Part shown: positions 55,115-64,000 of the stretch, in pieces
How positions within the stretch are numbered: the stretch's first letter is position 1
Layout: each line of letters begins with the position of its first letter
Virus record (IMG/VR): IMGVR_UViG_3300042934_001067
Span: 64,001-128,000 of that record
Direction: 5' to 3' (one strand)
Origin: a virus
Length of the DNA stretch: 64,000 nucleotides
Made by a program: the position numbers and the translations under genes
The notes under the pieces: generated by a model
What the model was told of the DNA's origin: nothing
Seen by the model: only the letters and a program-made list of their open reading frames with translations
Database searches by the model: none

Positions 55115-55548
55115 TTGCCCGGGTACTCCTCTGCGCAGAGGAGCTTGGCGGGCTGGTGCCAGTACCAGATCTCCGCGCCGTCCTCAATCGGCCGATCGTG
55201 GCAGGCGCAGTGCTCGACGGGGACGTCCTCGCCGTGCATGTAGACCAGGCGGGTCGGCGGGAAGGTGGGGTCGATCGGCAGGGGTTCCCTCGGCTGAGGG
55301 TCTTGGGGGAGGAAGTGGGACACGATGCGCCAGACGATGCCTCCGGCCACAACGCCGAGTCCCAGGGCGGTCGCGATGAGCAGGGTTCCGAGGCGGAATC
55401 CCTCCGTGTCGGCGGCGGCGCCGATGTCGAACTCGTCGTGCAGCTCGTACCAGGCGGTGGCGAGGACGAACAGGATGACCCCTGCACTGGCGTAGAAGAA
55501 GGTCTCGGTGCCGGTGGCGGCCCAGGCACGCTTCAGGGTCTTCTTCAT
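55111..55548 (-). CDS. Two-TM membrane protein
   Basis: Hydrophobic segments; coupled start. Confidence 0.7.
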   Translation of the reverse strand: MKKTLKRAWAATGTETFFYASAGVILFVLATAWYELHDEFDIGAAADTEGFRLGTLLIATALGLGVVAGGIVWRIVSHFLPQDPQPREPLPIDPTFPPTRLVYMHGEDVPVEHCACHDRPIEDGAEIWYWHQPAKLLCAEEYPGK

Positions 55549-56672
55549 GCTGCGGCCTCCGTGATCTCACCGGTGGTGGTGTTGACGCCGTCGGGGGCGT
55601 CGTCGTAGGTGACCTCGTGGTCGTCCTTGATGTCGCTGGAGATGGCCTCCAGGGCCTTGAGGCGGACCTGCTCGACCAGCTCGGGCCGCTCGGCGATGGC
55701 GGCCTCGACGCCGGGGCGTCCGCCCTTGACGGTGGTGCCGTCGGGCATCTCGTAGGAGACGGTGGACAGGCGCTTGATGGCGCCGGTGGCGATGCCGAGG
55801 GTGATGGCCTCGTCGGCGCGGTCGATGCCGACGGGGCCGTACTTGCTGCTGGCCTTGTTGAAGAACCAGTAGTCGGCGACGCGGCCCTGGGGGGCGAGCT
55901 TGTTCCGCTCGACCTTGGCGCGAATCTGGCGGCCGACCTCCAGCTCGGCGGGGGCCTTGGAGACGGCGTCCGAAATGGAGACCTTCTTCGTGGGCTCGCC
56001 GGTGCGGCTCATCTTGATCTTGGTGGTGGTGTTGTACTTCAGGGCCGACGGCCCGGCGGACTTCTGGCCGCCGCGCGGGTTGCCGATGTCGGCCCGGTAC
56101 TGGTTCACGAAGATCACGGCGGCGTTCTGCTCGCGGCACAGGCCCGCGACACGCTTGACCATGCGGGAGATGACCTGCGAGTTCTTGCCCATGGCGGAGT
56201 CCTCGGCGCGCTTCTCGAAGGCGGCCTTGGACTCCATGCCGCCGACGGAGTCGACGGTGACGAGGCAGATCAGACCGTCGCGCAGCAGCATGCTGATCTG
56301 GTCGGAGACGTCCTCGGAGTGGTCCGGGTAGACGTGGATGAAGCGGTCCTCGTCGAGGTCGAGGCCGAGGAGGGCGGCCCACTCGAAGTCGAAGGACTGC
56401 TCCATGTCGATGACCGCGACGCCCCGGTCGGGGAACTTCTTCTGGGCGTCGACCATGGCGAGGATCGTCTGGGTGGTCTTGCCCATGCCCTCGGGGCCGA
56501 CGATCTCGTGGGTGCGCTTGAGGGCGAAGCCGCCGCCGAGGGCGTAGTCGAGGGTGAGGGATCCGCTGGAGATGAAGTCGGGGCGGGTCATGGTGTCGCG
56601 TCGGGTGACGCGGTCGCCGTAGACCTTGGTGAGGTCGGCGCGCAGCTTGGCGAGGCGGGACTTGGGCGGCAT
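55545..56672 (-). CDS. recA: Phage RecA/UvsX recombinase
   Basis: SGSLTLDYALGGG, GPEGMGKTT, IDME, VDSV, FVNQ, RNK. Confidence 0.92.
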   Translation of the reverse strand: MPPKSRLAKLRADLTKVYGDRVTRRDTMTRPDFISSGSLTLDYALGGGFALKRTHEIVGPEGMGKTTQTILAMVDAQKKFPDRGVAVIDMEQSFDFEWAALLGLDLDEDRFIHVYPDHSEDVSDQISMLLRDGLICLVTVDSVGGMESKAAFEKRAEDSAMGKNSQVISRMVKRVAGLCREQNAAVIFVNQYRADIGNPRGGQKSAGPSALKYNTTTKIKMSRTGEPTKKVSISDAVSKAPAELEVGRQIRAKVERNKLAPQGRVADYWFFNKASSKYGPVGIDRADEAITLGIATGAIKRLSTVSYEMPDGTTVKGGRPGVEAAIAERPELVEQVRLKALEAISSDIKDDHEVTYDDAPDGVNTTTGEITEAAA

Positions 56673-56699
56673 GCAGGATCTCCCTGGCGGTAGAGCGGA

Positions 56700-56918
56700 T
56701 CAGGCTTGCGGCGTGTTGGCGATGGCCTGTGTGAAGGCTTCACCGAGGCTCCTGCGGGCCGTTCGGAGGTGGCCGATATGTGCTCCCGCCTCGTCGAGCT
56801 TGTCGAGGAAGGCCATCGCCTTGCGGTAGCCGTCGACCAGCTGTGCGTCAGCGGCCTGGTGAAGTAGGGCCAGGTCGGCCGTAGCGGTCTCGGGGGTCGG
56901 CTTTTCGATGGAGGACAC
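56700..56918 (-). CDS. Small hypothetical protein
   Basis: CCCGCCAAGGAG-GTG. Confidence 0.65.
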   Translation of the reverse strand: MSSIEKPTPETATADLALLHQAADAQLVDGYRKAMAFLDKLDEAGAHIGHLRTARRSLGEAFTQAIANTPQA

Positions 56919-56991
56919 GTGGCTCCTTGGCGGGAGGAGTGGTCAGCTGTGGCGGTCAGCTGTTGGCCAATGGCGGTTGGCTGAATGCAGC

Positions 56992-57606
56992 TTACGCCGC
57001 GCGACTGACAGGGGCGCCGTCGAGGACGGTGCGGGCCTGCCCGGCGTCCCACTCCAGGGCCATCTCGATGAGGGCGAGGCGCTTGAGCATGTACTTCTCG
57101 CTGTTGTAGTCGCCGGGCGGGGCGGTGCGGGGGTCGCCGTAGACGCGGCCCTCCTCCAGGCGCATGACGGTCTTGCTGGTGGACTTGATGGCGTAGGCGA
57201 AGACGTTGCGGGTCATCTTCAGGGCGAGGCGGCTGGTCTGGATGGCCTTGCCGAGGCGGGTCCAGGCGGCCTGGCTGTACTCGGAGCGGTCCGGGGTGAA
57301 CCCTTCGGTGGAGGGGCTCCAGGTGGGGGCCGACATGACCTTGATGGACTGGTCGACGGTCTCCCGGGCAGTGCCCTCGTCCCAGTCGAGGACGTAGTCG
57401 AGCTGCAGGAGTTCGAGGCGGCCGAGGGCTTCGGCGACGTCGGGCGGGATGAAGCCGGACTCCAGGGCGGCGTACTCGCGGACGGAGAGGCCGACCTGGA
57501 GAGCGACCTTGGCCTGAGAGAGGCCGAGCTGGGTGCGGCGCTCGTGGGCCTTGACGCCGAGGAAGCCCCAGTAGGGGTGGCGGATGGAGGGGATGAAGCT
57601 GGCCAT
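56992..57606 (-). CDS. Tandem XRE-HTH protein
   Basis: RRTQLGLSQAKVA...LESG and RLALKMTR...RLEEG. Confidence 0.75.
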   Translation of the reverse strand: MASFIPSIRHPYWGFLGVKAHERRTQLGLSQAKVALQVGLSVREYAALESGFIPPDVAEALGRLELLQLDYVLDWDEGTARETVDQSIKVMSAPTWSPSTEGFTPDRSEYSQAAWTRLGKAIQTSRLALKMTRNVFAYAIKSTSKTVMRLEEGRVYGDPRTAPPGDYNSEKYMLKRLALIEMALEWDAGQARTVLDGAPVSRAA

Positions 57607-57622
57607 GACGGCTCCTTCGGGA

Positions 57623-58090
57623 CTACTCGCCGCTGGGGGCGTGGGGCAGGGAGGCGGCGTTGGCGACGGTGTCGAGAGCCTCGATGATGGCCTCGGCGTC
57701 CTGGTCGACGAAGATCTTCTCCGCGAGGCTGCGCTTGCGGTCGGGGTCCTCGGGGAGCGGCTCCAAGACCCGGCTCATCCAGGTACCGCAGCGGGTGCAG
57801 AATCCGGCGCCGTTGCGGTACTTGCGGCGCTCGAAGGGGCCGTGGGGCTTGCCGGTGCCGTCGCAGGCTGTGAAGGTCTGGTACTGCTTCCAGCACTTCT
57901 CCTCGGCCTCGGCGAGGGACTTGCCCTCGCCGCGCAGGAAGGTGCCGCCGGGGAACGCTTCGAAGAAGGCGGTCTGGTAGGCGCCGCCCGGCCCGCCGAC
58001 CACGACGCCGCGTTCGCCGCCCTGGATGAAGACGTCGTCGGGCCAGTCGTGCTGGGCTTCGGTGCGGGTGTTCTTGATCAGTCGGGCCAT
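57623..58090 (-). CDS. Hypothetical protein
   Basis: SD GGAGG. Confidence 0.7.
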   Translation of the reverse strand: MARLIKNTRTEAQHDWPDDVFIQGGERGVVVGGPGGAYQTAFFEAFPGGTFLRGEGKSLAEAEEKCWKQYQTFTACDGTGKPHGPFERRKYRNGAGFCTRCGTWMSRVLEPLPEDPDRKRSLAEKIFVDQDAEAIIEALDTVANAASLPHAPSGE

Positions 58091-58112
58091 GGCGGCGCCT
58101 CCAGAGGGTGAG

Positions 58113-58691
58113 TCAGTTCTTGATCTTGGTCTTGCCGAGCGGGACGGCGTCCTTGAACTGCGGCAGGTCCATCGGCTCGGAGTAGAGGAAGTACGACTGG
58201 TTCGCGCCGACGCTCCACTCGACGTAGGCGCCGCTCTCGGCGTCCTCGCCGTAGTACGAGGTGCAGTTGGACTGGCTGGAGTAGGTGCCGTCCATGGAGG
58301 GGCCCTGGACGACCATGTCGCCGTCGTACTGGCCGAGGTCACCGCGCGTCTTGGTCTCCGGCGGGAGGAGGCTGACGCAGTAGGTGACGGGCAGCCCCTT
58401 GAGGACGTAGTAGCCGTACTGGCCGTTGGCGTTCTGGATGTAGACGTAGGACAGCTTGTTGGCCTGCTTGCCCCAGGTCTTGATCCAGAAGTTCTTCGTC
58501 TCGCGGGTCGGCGAGTAGTCGAGCTTCGCGGCGGGCTGCTTGGCGACCAGCTCGTCGTAGTTGCTGTTGCGGGCCTTGTTCTCCTTCGACCGCGAGGAGG
58601 GCTTGGACTCCTCCTCGCAGGCGGTGAGGCCGACGGCGAGGAAGACGACCGCGAGGGCGGCGAGGATGCGGTGGGTCAGGCGGCTGCGCAC
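58113..58691 (-). CDS. Lipoprotein
   Basis: LAVGLTAC lipobox; SD AGGAG. Confidence 0.8.
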   Translation of the reverse strand: MRSRLTHRILAALAVVFLAVGLTACEEESKPSSRSKENKARNSNYDELVAKQPAAKLDYSPTRETKNFWIKTWGKQANKLSYVYIQNANGQYGYYVLKGLPVTYCVSLLPPETKTRGDLGQYDGDMVVQGPSMDGTYSSQSNCTSYYGEDAESGAYVEWSVGANQSYFLYSEPMDLPQFKDAVPLGKTKIKN

Positions 58692-59113
58692 TGGGTCTCC
58701 TGGATGTTCAGGTCGAGGGTGTAGGGGAGGTCGGTGTCCTGGAAGGCCTGCCGGTGGTTCTGGGAGGCCTTGGAGTTGTAGGAGGTGATGGAGTCCGCCC
58801 GGGCGTTGCGCTGGGCGGTGATGACCTGCTGGAGCTTCTCCGCGCGGTCCTGGGAGGGCTTGGTGGCCAGCTCGGTCTCGGCGTTCTTGATGGCGGCCTC
58901 GGCGGTCTGGACGGAGGCGCAGAGGTCGAAGAACTCCTCGTAGCTGCCGATACGGAAGTCGCCGTTGGCGACGGTCTTCTCCCGGACGTCGGCCGCGCCG
59001 CGCAGGTCGGCGGTGGCCCACCTGATGCCGAAGGTCACGGTGGTGATGGCGGCGATGCCGAAGGACACCCAGGCGATGATCTTGATCAGAAGGCGACGGT
59101 CGGATCTGTCCAC
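58676..59113 (-). CDS. N-terminal TM coiled-coil protein
   Basis: SD GAGGAG-GTG. Confidence 0.75.
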   Translation of the reverse strand: MDRSDRRLLIKIIAWVSFGIAAITTVTFGIRWATADLRGAADVREKTVANGDFRIGSYEEFFDLCASVQTAEAAIKNAETELATKPSQDRAEKLQQVITAQRNARADSITSYNSKASQNHRQAFQDTDLPYTLDLNIQETQCAAA

Positions 59114-59123
59114 GGTGGGCTCC

Positions 59124-62100
59124 TCAGAGGGGCTGGTAGGTGACGAGGCTCAGGCCCCGGTCGTTCTTGCGGAGTTCGGCCAGGCAGAGAGCACCCTTGG
59201 TGAAGCGGCGCTGCTCGACGGCCCAGGCGTCGCGGAACACGGCGACGCGGAGGGTGGAGATCTCAGTCTCCAGGCTCAGGAAGCCCATCTCACCGTTCTT
59301 GTGCGGCCGGGCTCCGGCGACGATCGCGGCGACGTAGTAGGTGCCGTTCGGGCCGGTGGCCAGCCGCTCGGCCTGCGCGCGGAGGGTGGCGCGGTCCTGC
59401 TCGCCGAGGTCGTCGAACGGGGTGCTGGAGAGGTAGGTGCCGAGCATCTCGTGCTCGATGGTCCGTACGTCGACCGGCGTGTACGGCTCGATGGTGTGGA
59501 TCTCCATCGGCGGCGGCGCGGTGTACTGGCGGCAGGCCTTGGTGCAGCGCTTCGGCAGCGGCTTCCGCTTGAGCAGCTTGCCGGTGCGCGGGTTGATCGG
59601 TGCGGGCTCGCTGGCCCAGTCGAAGGTGCACCACACGCTCTGGATCTGGGTGGCGCCGGGGGCCGTCTCGACGGTCTTGTGGACGCACTGGGCGTCGTCG
59701 CCGGTCTTGGCGGCGAGCAGCTTGGCTTCCAGGCCGCGCCGGTTGGTGACGAGGGTGTCGAAGGCGCCGACGCGGGCGAGGAGGGCGACGACTCCGGCGT
59801 TGGCCTTGGGGCCCTTGCGCTCGGTGAAGTCGTCCCAGGTTGTATACGGCTGGCCCGCTTGTAGGTCGGCGACGGCGGCCGACCCCACGCCCTTTACCGA
59901 ATCGAGACCGTAGCGGACCGCGTAGGTGTCGGGGTCGGGGCGGAAGCCCGCGCCGGAGCGGTTGATGTCCGGCGGGAGGACGTCCACGTCGAGGCGGCGG
60001 GCCTCCTTGACGAACTCGGGGACGCGGTCCTTGTCGACGGTGGACATGGCGGCGACGAGGAACTCGCGCGGGTAGTTGACCTTGAGGAACGCGGTCCAGT
60101 AGGCGAGGAAGGCGTACGCGTAGGCGTGGGACTTGTTGAAGCCGTACTTGGAGAACTCGGCCATCTGGTTCCACAGCCGCTCGGCGGCCTCGTGGGGCAT
60201 GTCGACGCGGTCCAGGAACTCGCGCCCGGCGTCGGCGATGGCGGAGACCTTCTTCTTGCCGAGGATCCGGCGGACGCCGTCGGCTTCGGACTCGTCGTAC
60301 CCGGCCAGGAGTCGGGTGACGGCCATGACCTGCTCCTGGTAGATCATGGCGCCCCAGGTGGGCTCCAGGACGCGGCGCAGGCGTTCGTCGGGGAAGGAGA
60401 CGTCCTGCTCGCCCGCGCGGCGGCGGAGGTAGAGGTCGGTCAGGCCGGAGTTGGCCGGGCCGGGGCGGACGATGGTGACCATGTCGGCCAGCTCGGCGAC
60501 GTTGCCTGGGCGCATGCGTTCGCACAGGCGGGTGCCGGAGTGGGTTTCGACCTGGAAGACACCGAGGGTGTGGGCGGCGCGCAGTTCGTCCCAGACCAGC
60601 GGGTCCTCGAACTCGGCCTCGAAGGCCTCCAGGTCGATCTCGTAGCGGCGCTGGTCACGCACCAGGTCGAGGGTCTGCTGGATGGTGTCCAGCGTCCTCA
60701 GGGTCAGGATGTCGAACTTCACCAGGCCGATCGCCTCGACGTCGCCCATGGCCCACTGGGTCACCATCTGCTCTTCGCCGTCGATGGTGCGCATCGGCAG
60801 CCAGTCGGTGAGCGGGGCGCCGGTGGAGATGACGACCCCGGCGGCGTGGCGGCCGTAGGACTTCAGGCGGCCGACCAGGCGCTCGGCCATGGCGAACAGC
60901 TCGGGGTAGCGGTCGGCGAACGGCTGGAGCTGGTCGGCGTGCTGGGCCCAGAGGTCCTCCCAGGACATGCCGAGTCCGGCGGTGCCCGCTTCGGCCTCGT
61001 CGATGAGGGTGGAGACCTGGCGGAGGTCGGCCGCCGCGCCTTCGGGGAGCTGGGAGGCGAGCGCACGGACCAGCTCGTTGATGACGGCCTTGTTCTTCAG
61101 CCGCAGCTCGGAGCCGATGGAGACGACCTGCTTCTCGCCCCAGCGCTCGCGGAGGTAGCCGAGGATCTCGGCCTTCCTGCTGGCGGGGAAGTCGACGTCG
61201 AAGTCGGGCAGGCCTGCGCGGCCCCGGGTCAGGAACCGCTCGAAGAGCAGGTCGTGCCGGACCGGGTCGAGGCTGGTGATGCGGGCGAGGTAGGCGACCA
61301 GGGAGCCGCCGCCGCTCCCCCGGCCGGGGCCGACGAGGATGCCGTTGTCCTTGGCCCAGCCGACGTAGTCCGCGACCATGAGGTAGTAGCCGCAGAAGCC
61401 CTTCTCGACCAGCAGGTCCATCTCCCGCATGTAGCGGTCGCGGTAGATGCGCTGCGAGCCGGAGGCGCCGACCTGGGCGCTGGCGGGCAGCCGGTCCCAG
61501 TTGGAGATGCACAGGGCGTTCAGCCGTCGCTCGTCCTCGGCGGGGTCGCCGGTGAAGGAGGGCGTGGTCGTGTCGCCTTCGATGCGGGCGTTGCAGCGGT
61601 CCGCCAGCGCCGTGGTGTTGGCGATGGCCTCCTCTACGACGCGGTCGCCGAGGTAGGCGAGTCCGGCGCGGACCTCGGCCTCGCCCATGACGTAGAGGTT
61701 CAGGTCCTCGGAGAAGAGGTCGCCTTCGTCCTGAACGTCCTTGTTGGTCTGGCAGGCGATCCAGACGTCGTGGGCGTGGGCGTCGTCGGCGGTCGGGAAG
61801 TGAGAGTCGACGGTGGCCAGCAGCGGCAGGCCGAACTCGGTGGCCAGGGAGACGAGGGCCTGGTTGAGGTTGACCTGGTCCGGCATGTCGTTGGGCTGCA
61901 GTTCGACGTACAGGCGGCCCGGGTAGAGGTCCATGAGCCGGGTCAGACGCTGGCGGGCCAGCTCCATGTCGCCCGCCTTGACGGCGACGGCGACGGGGCC
62001 GCGCAGGCAGCCGGTGGAGGCGATGACGCCCTCGCTGTACCGGCCGAGGGTGTCCCAGTCCATGCGGGGGCGGAAGTAGAAGCCGTCACGGAAGGACTCG

Positions 62101-62831
62101 GTGGAGGCGGCCCAGATGTTGCGCAGGCCGGTCTCGTTCTCAGCGAAGAGACAGACGTGCCAGTAGTCGTTGCGGAGCTTGTCCTGCAGCTCCTTGTCGC
62201 CCTTCTCGGCGCGGACGACGCGGTCGTCACACAGGTACGCCTCAATGCCGAAGATCGGCTTGACCCCGGCCTTGTCGGCCGCCCGCTGCAGCTCGGGGTG
62301 CCCGGCGCAGGTGCCGTGGTCGGTGATGGCGATGGCGGTCTGGCCGTGGCGGGTGACCTCGCGGAGGATCTCGTCCATGCGGGACAGGCCGTCGAGCGGG
62401 CTGTACTCGCTGTGCGTGTGCAGGTGCACGAAGCCGGACGTCGCCTTGGGTGGGTCCTGGGCGGCTTCGAGTTGGTCGAGGACCTCGTGGTACGTGGGGA
62501 TGCCGTCAGCGTCCGAGAAGAGCGCGCTGTGGCGGCAGGAGAGGCGCAGCCATCCGTCACCGAGGTCCTGAGCGCCTTCCTCTACGAGGTGGACAGGAAC
62601 AGCGCCCACGCCGTCTTGGAGGGTGTGCATGACCCCGGCCGCGCCGTCGGCGACCGCGCGGGCCCACACGGTCTTGGAGACGTCGGTGGGGATGTAGCCC
62701 GGAACCAGCAGCCAGCGGGTGCCGTCGTCCTCGTGCTCGACGAGGGCGGGAAGGTGGAGGGTCAGGCCGCCGACGCGGTGTTCGGCTCCCGGGAAACGCT
62801 CATGGGCGTAGGAGGTGATGAGGCGCAGCAC
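59124..62831 (-). CDS. dnaE: DNA polymerase III alpha subunit (phage-encoded)
   Basis: HLHTHSEYSPLDG PHP, GRGSGGGS, PDFDVDF, KFDIL, YGFNKSH; start GTG 62831 after AAGGA. Confidence 0.93.
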   Translation of the reverse strand: MLRLITSYAHERFPGAEHRVGGLTLHLPALVEHEDDGTRWLLVPGYIPTDVSKTVWARAVADGAAGVMHTLQDGVGAVPVHLVEEGAQDLGDGWLRLSCRHSALFSDADGIPTYHEVLDQLEAAQDPPKATSGFVHLHTHSEYSPLDGLSRMDEILREVTRHGQTAIAITDHGTCAGHPELQRAADKAGVKPIFGIEAYLCDDRVVRAEKGDKELQDKLRNDYWHVCLFAENETGLRNIWAASTESFRDGFYFRPRMDWDTLGRYSEGVIASTGCLRGPVAVAVKAGDMELARQRLTRLMDLYPGRLYVELQPNDMPDQVNLNQALVSLATEFGLPLLATVDSHFPTADDAHAHDVWIACQTNKDVQDEGDLFSEDLNLYVMGEAEVRAGLAYLGDRVVEEAIANTTALADRCNARIEGDTTTPSFTGDPAEDERRLNALCISNWDRLPASAQVGASGSQRIYRDRYMREMDLLVEKGFCGYYLMVADYVGWAKDNGILVGPGRGSGGGSLVAYLARITSLDPVRHDLLFERFLTRGRAGLPDFDVDFPASRKAEILGYLRERWGEKQVVSIGSELRLKNKAVINELVRALASQLPEGAAADLRQVSTLIDEAEAGTAGLGMSWEDLWAQHADQLQPFADRYPELFAMAERLVGRLKSYGRHAAGVVISTGAPLTDWLPMRTIDGEEQMVTQWAMGDVEAIGLVKFDILTLRTLDTIQQTLDLVRDQRRYEIDLEAFEAEFEDPLVWDELRAAHTLGVFQVETHSGTRLCERMRPGNVAELADMVTIVRPGPANSGLTDLYLRRRAGEQDVSFPDERLRRVLEPTWGAMIYQEQVMAVTRLLAGYDESEADGVRRILGKKKVSAIADAGREFLDRVDMPHEAAERLWNQMAEFSKYGFNKSHAYAYAFLAYWTAFLKVNYPREFLVAAMSTVDKDRVPEFVKEARRLDVDVLPPDINRSGAGFRPDPDTYAVRYGLDSVKGVGSAAVADLQAGQPYTTWDDFTERKGPKANAGVVALLARVGAFDTLVTNRRGLEAKLLAAKTGDDAQCVHKTVETAPGATQIQSVWCTFDWASEPAPINPRTGKLLKRKPLPKRCTKACRQYTAPPPMEIHTIEPYTPVDVRTIEHEMLGTYLSSTPFDDLGEQDRATLRAQAERLATGPNGTYYVAAIVAGARPHKNGEMGFLSLETEISTLRVAVFRDAWAVEQRRFTKGALCLAELRKNDRGLSLVTYQPL

Positions 62832-62971
62832 GGTGGTGGTCCTTGCGCGTGAAGGGTGGCGAAAGGTGGTCCGGGCCGCCCCGGGCGAACAATCCAGCCC
62901 GTTCCGGGCGAAGGAGGGGCTGGGGCCGTATCTGACGGCGCCCGGGGCGGACCGGCGTGTGTGCGCCTGGA

Positions 62972-63949
62972 TCAGGCGGTGGGTGCGCCGAGGTTGGCGA
63001 TCTTCGCACGCAGGTCGTCGGAGATGTCGGCCGGGCCGTCGGTGCTCTGGACGTTGATCATGCCCACGGCGCCACCGGCGACGGCGACGACGTTGCCTTC
63101 CTTGTCGACCGTCTTGGACGGGTCGAAGAAGCGGGCGTAGTACTCGTCGCTGGCCTTGTCGGCGACGACGGCGTCCAGACTGATCTCGCGCTCGCTGATG
63201 GCCTGGAGGTACTTGTCCCAGGCGGGGGTGCCGGGGGCGATGAGGTTCTGCTGGGTGGACGGGTCGCGGATCGGGTCGATCGCGGCGAACTTGTACTCGG
63301 TGTCGGTGCCCTTGCCGTCGCGGGTGATCTGGAAGTCCCGGTCGACGACGGTGCCGTTGAGGCCGTGGATGGCCTTGAGGTGGCTGAAGAAGCCCTTCAT
63401 CGGCTGGTTGATGACCAGGATGCGGGGGTAGTTCAGCTTGACGCCGGTGGGCTTGCCGTCGGCGTCCAGTTCGTCGACCTCGTCGATCTTGTCGCGGACA
63501 CCGATGACGACGCCCTGCTTGGCGGGGCCGCCGAGGGCCTCGGTGCCGTCGCCGCGCACCAGCTCGCGCTCGATGGCCAGGGCCCAGACGCGGACGCGAG
63601 CGGAGGCGAGCTTGCCGAAGGAGTTCTTGATCTTGGCGTCGTCGATGTAGCAGTCCTTGTAGTGACCGCCGAACGCCTCGTCGTAGCGGCAGACGCTGGT
63701 CATGGCCTTGGGCCACTTCTCGGCGTCCTTGGGGCCGGGCTTGGTCGGCACGAAGGAGTGCTGCTTGACCCAGATCCAGTCGTCGTGGTCGGTGACCAGG
63801 CGGACGACGAGCGACTCGCCGTCCTCCTTGATGCCGAAGTAGTCCGGGCCACGGCGGCCAGAGGAGGAGACGTTGTCTTCCTTCTCGGCCTGGGCTGCGG
63901 CGGATCCGCCTCGGCGGAAGTTGATGGCGGGGCTCGTGTTGGCGGTCAC
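62972..63949 (-). CDS. Probable phage ssDNA-binding protein (gp32-like)
   Basis: VVRLV...H...C...C...DFQITRDGKGTDTEY; next to dnaE. Confidence 0.65.
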   Translation of the reverse strand: MTANTSPAINFRRGGSAAAQAEKEDNVSSSGRRGPDYFGIKEDGESLVVRLVTDHDDWIWVKQHSFVPTKPGPKDAEKWPKAMTSVCRYDEAFGGHYKDCYIDDAKIKNSFGKLASARVRVWALAIERELVRGDGTEALGGPAKQGVVIGVRDKIDEVDELDADGKPTGVKLNYPRILVINQPMKGFFSHLKAIHGLNGTVVDRDFQITRDGKGTDTEYKFAAIDPIRDPSTQQNLIAPGTPAWDKYLQAISEREISLDAVVADKASDEYYARFFDPSKTVDKEGNVVAVAGGAVGMINVQSTDGPADISDDLRAKIANLGAPTA

Positions 63950-64000
63950 GATGGCTCCTGATGATCTTGACGATGCTGATGGGTGTCAGCCAGCGGCAGT

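Larger units (their letters stand above)
1..64000. mobile_element. Segment of a large actinobacterial phage, prophage or phage-plasmid
   Basis: Terminase, phage replisome, integrase, dense coupled hypotheticals; no ends visible. Confidence 0.8.

Noticed and set aside
58113-59113. Spanin pair (TM coiled coil plus overlapping lipoprotein)
   Set aside because: Probable host has no outer membrane and no lysis genes are adjacent
62832-63716. 1530-aa DnaE as given by the ORF track
   Set aside because: Extension overlaps the SSB gene in another frame; SD supports GTG 62831

Overview
High-GC actinobacterial (Streptomyces-like) sequence that reads as part of a large temperate phage, prophage or phage-plasmid. 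No host housekeeping operon is recognisable. (1) 1-18.3 kb is a minus-strand array of mosaic hypothetical proteins. It is driven by repeated promoter/operator cassettes (an 18-bp palindrome between -35 and -10; 7 copies here plus 1 at 39.6 kb). It includes an Arr-like ADP-ribosyltransferase domain and two intergenic tRNA-like RNA structures. (2) 18.4-39 kb is an accessory/lysogeny-type region: Xre/DUF5753-DUF397-HATPase triad, LexA-like box, RNase H coupled to a tyrosine recombinase, DUF397-like peptide plus JmjC oxygenase, a catalytically degenerate recombinase behind a 23-bp inverted repeat, and an orphan degenerate type I-E CRISPR-like array with mostly short spacers. (3) 39-64 kb is a minus-strand phage core: two polyvalent multi-effector proteins (GNAT, ParB, NTase, RelE, ART-like, 2H), one containing an overprinted antitoxin-like ORF, then terminase, RuvC-like, Cas4/RecB-like nuclease, RecA, DnaE and SSB. 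All calls come from reading motifs by eye; no database search was run.
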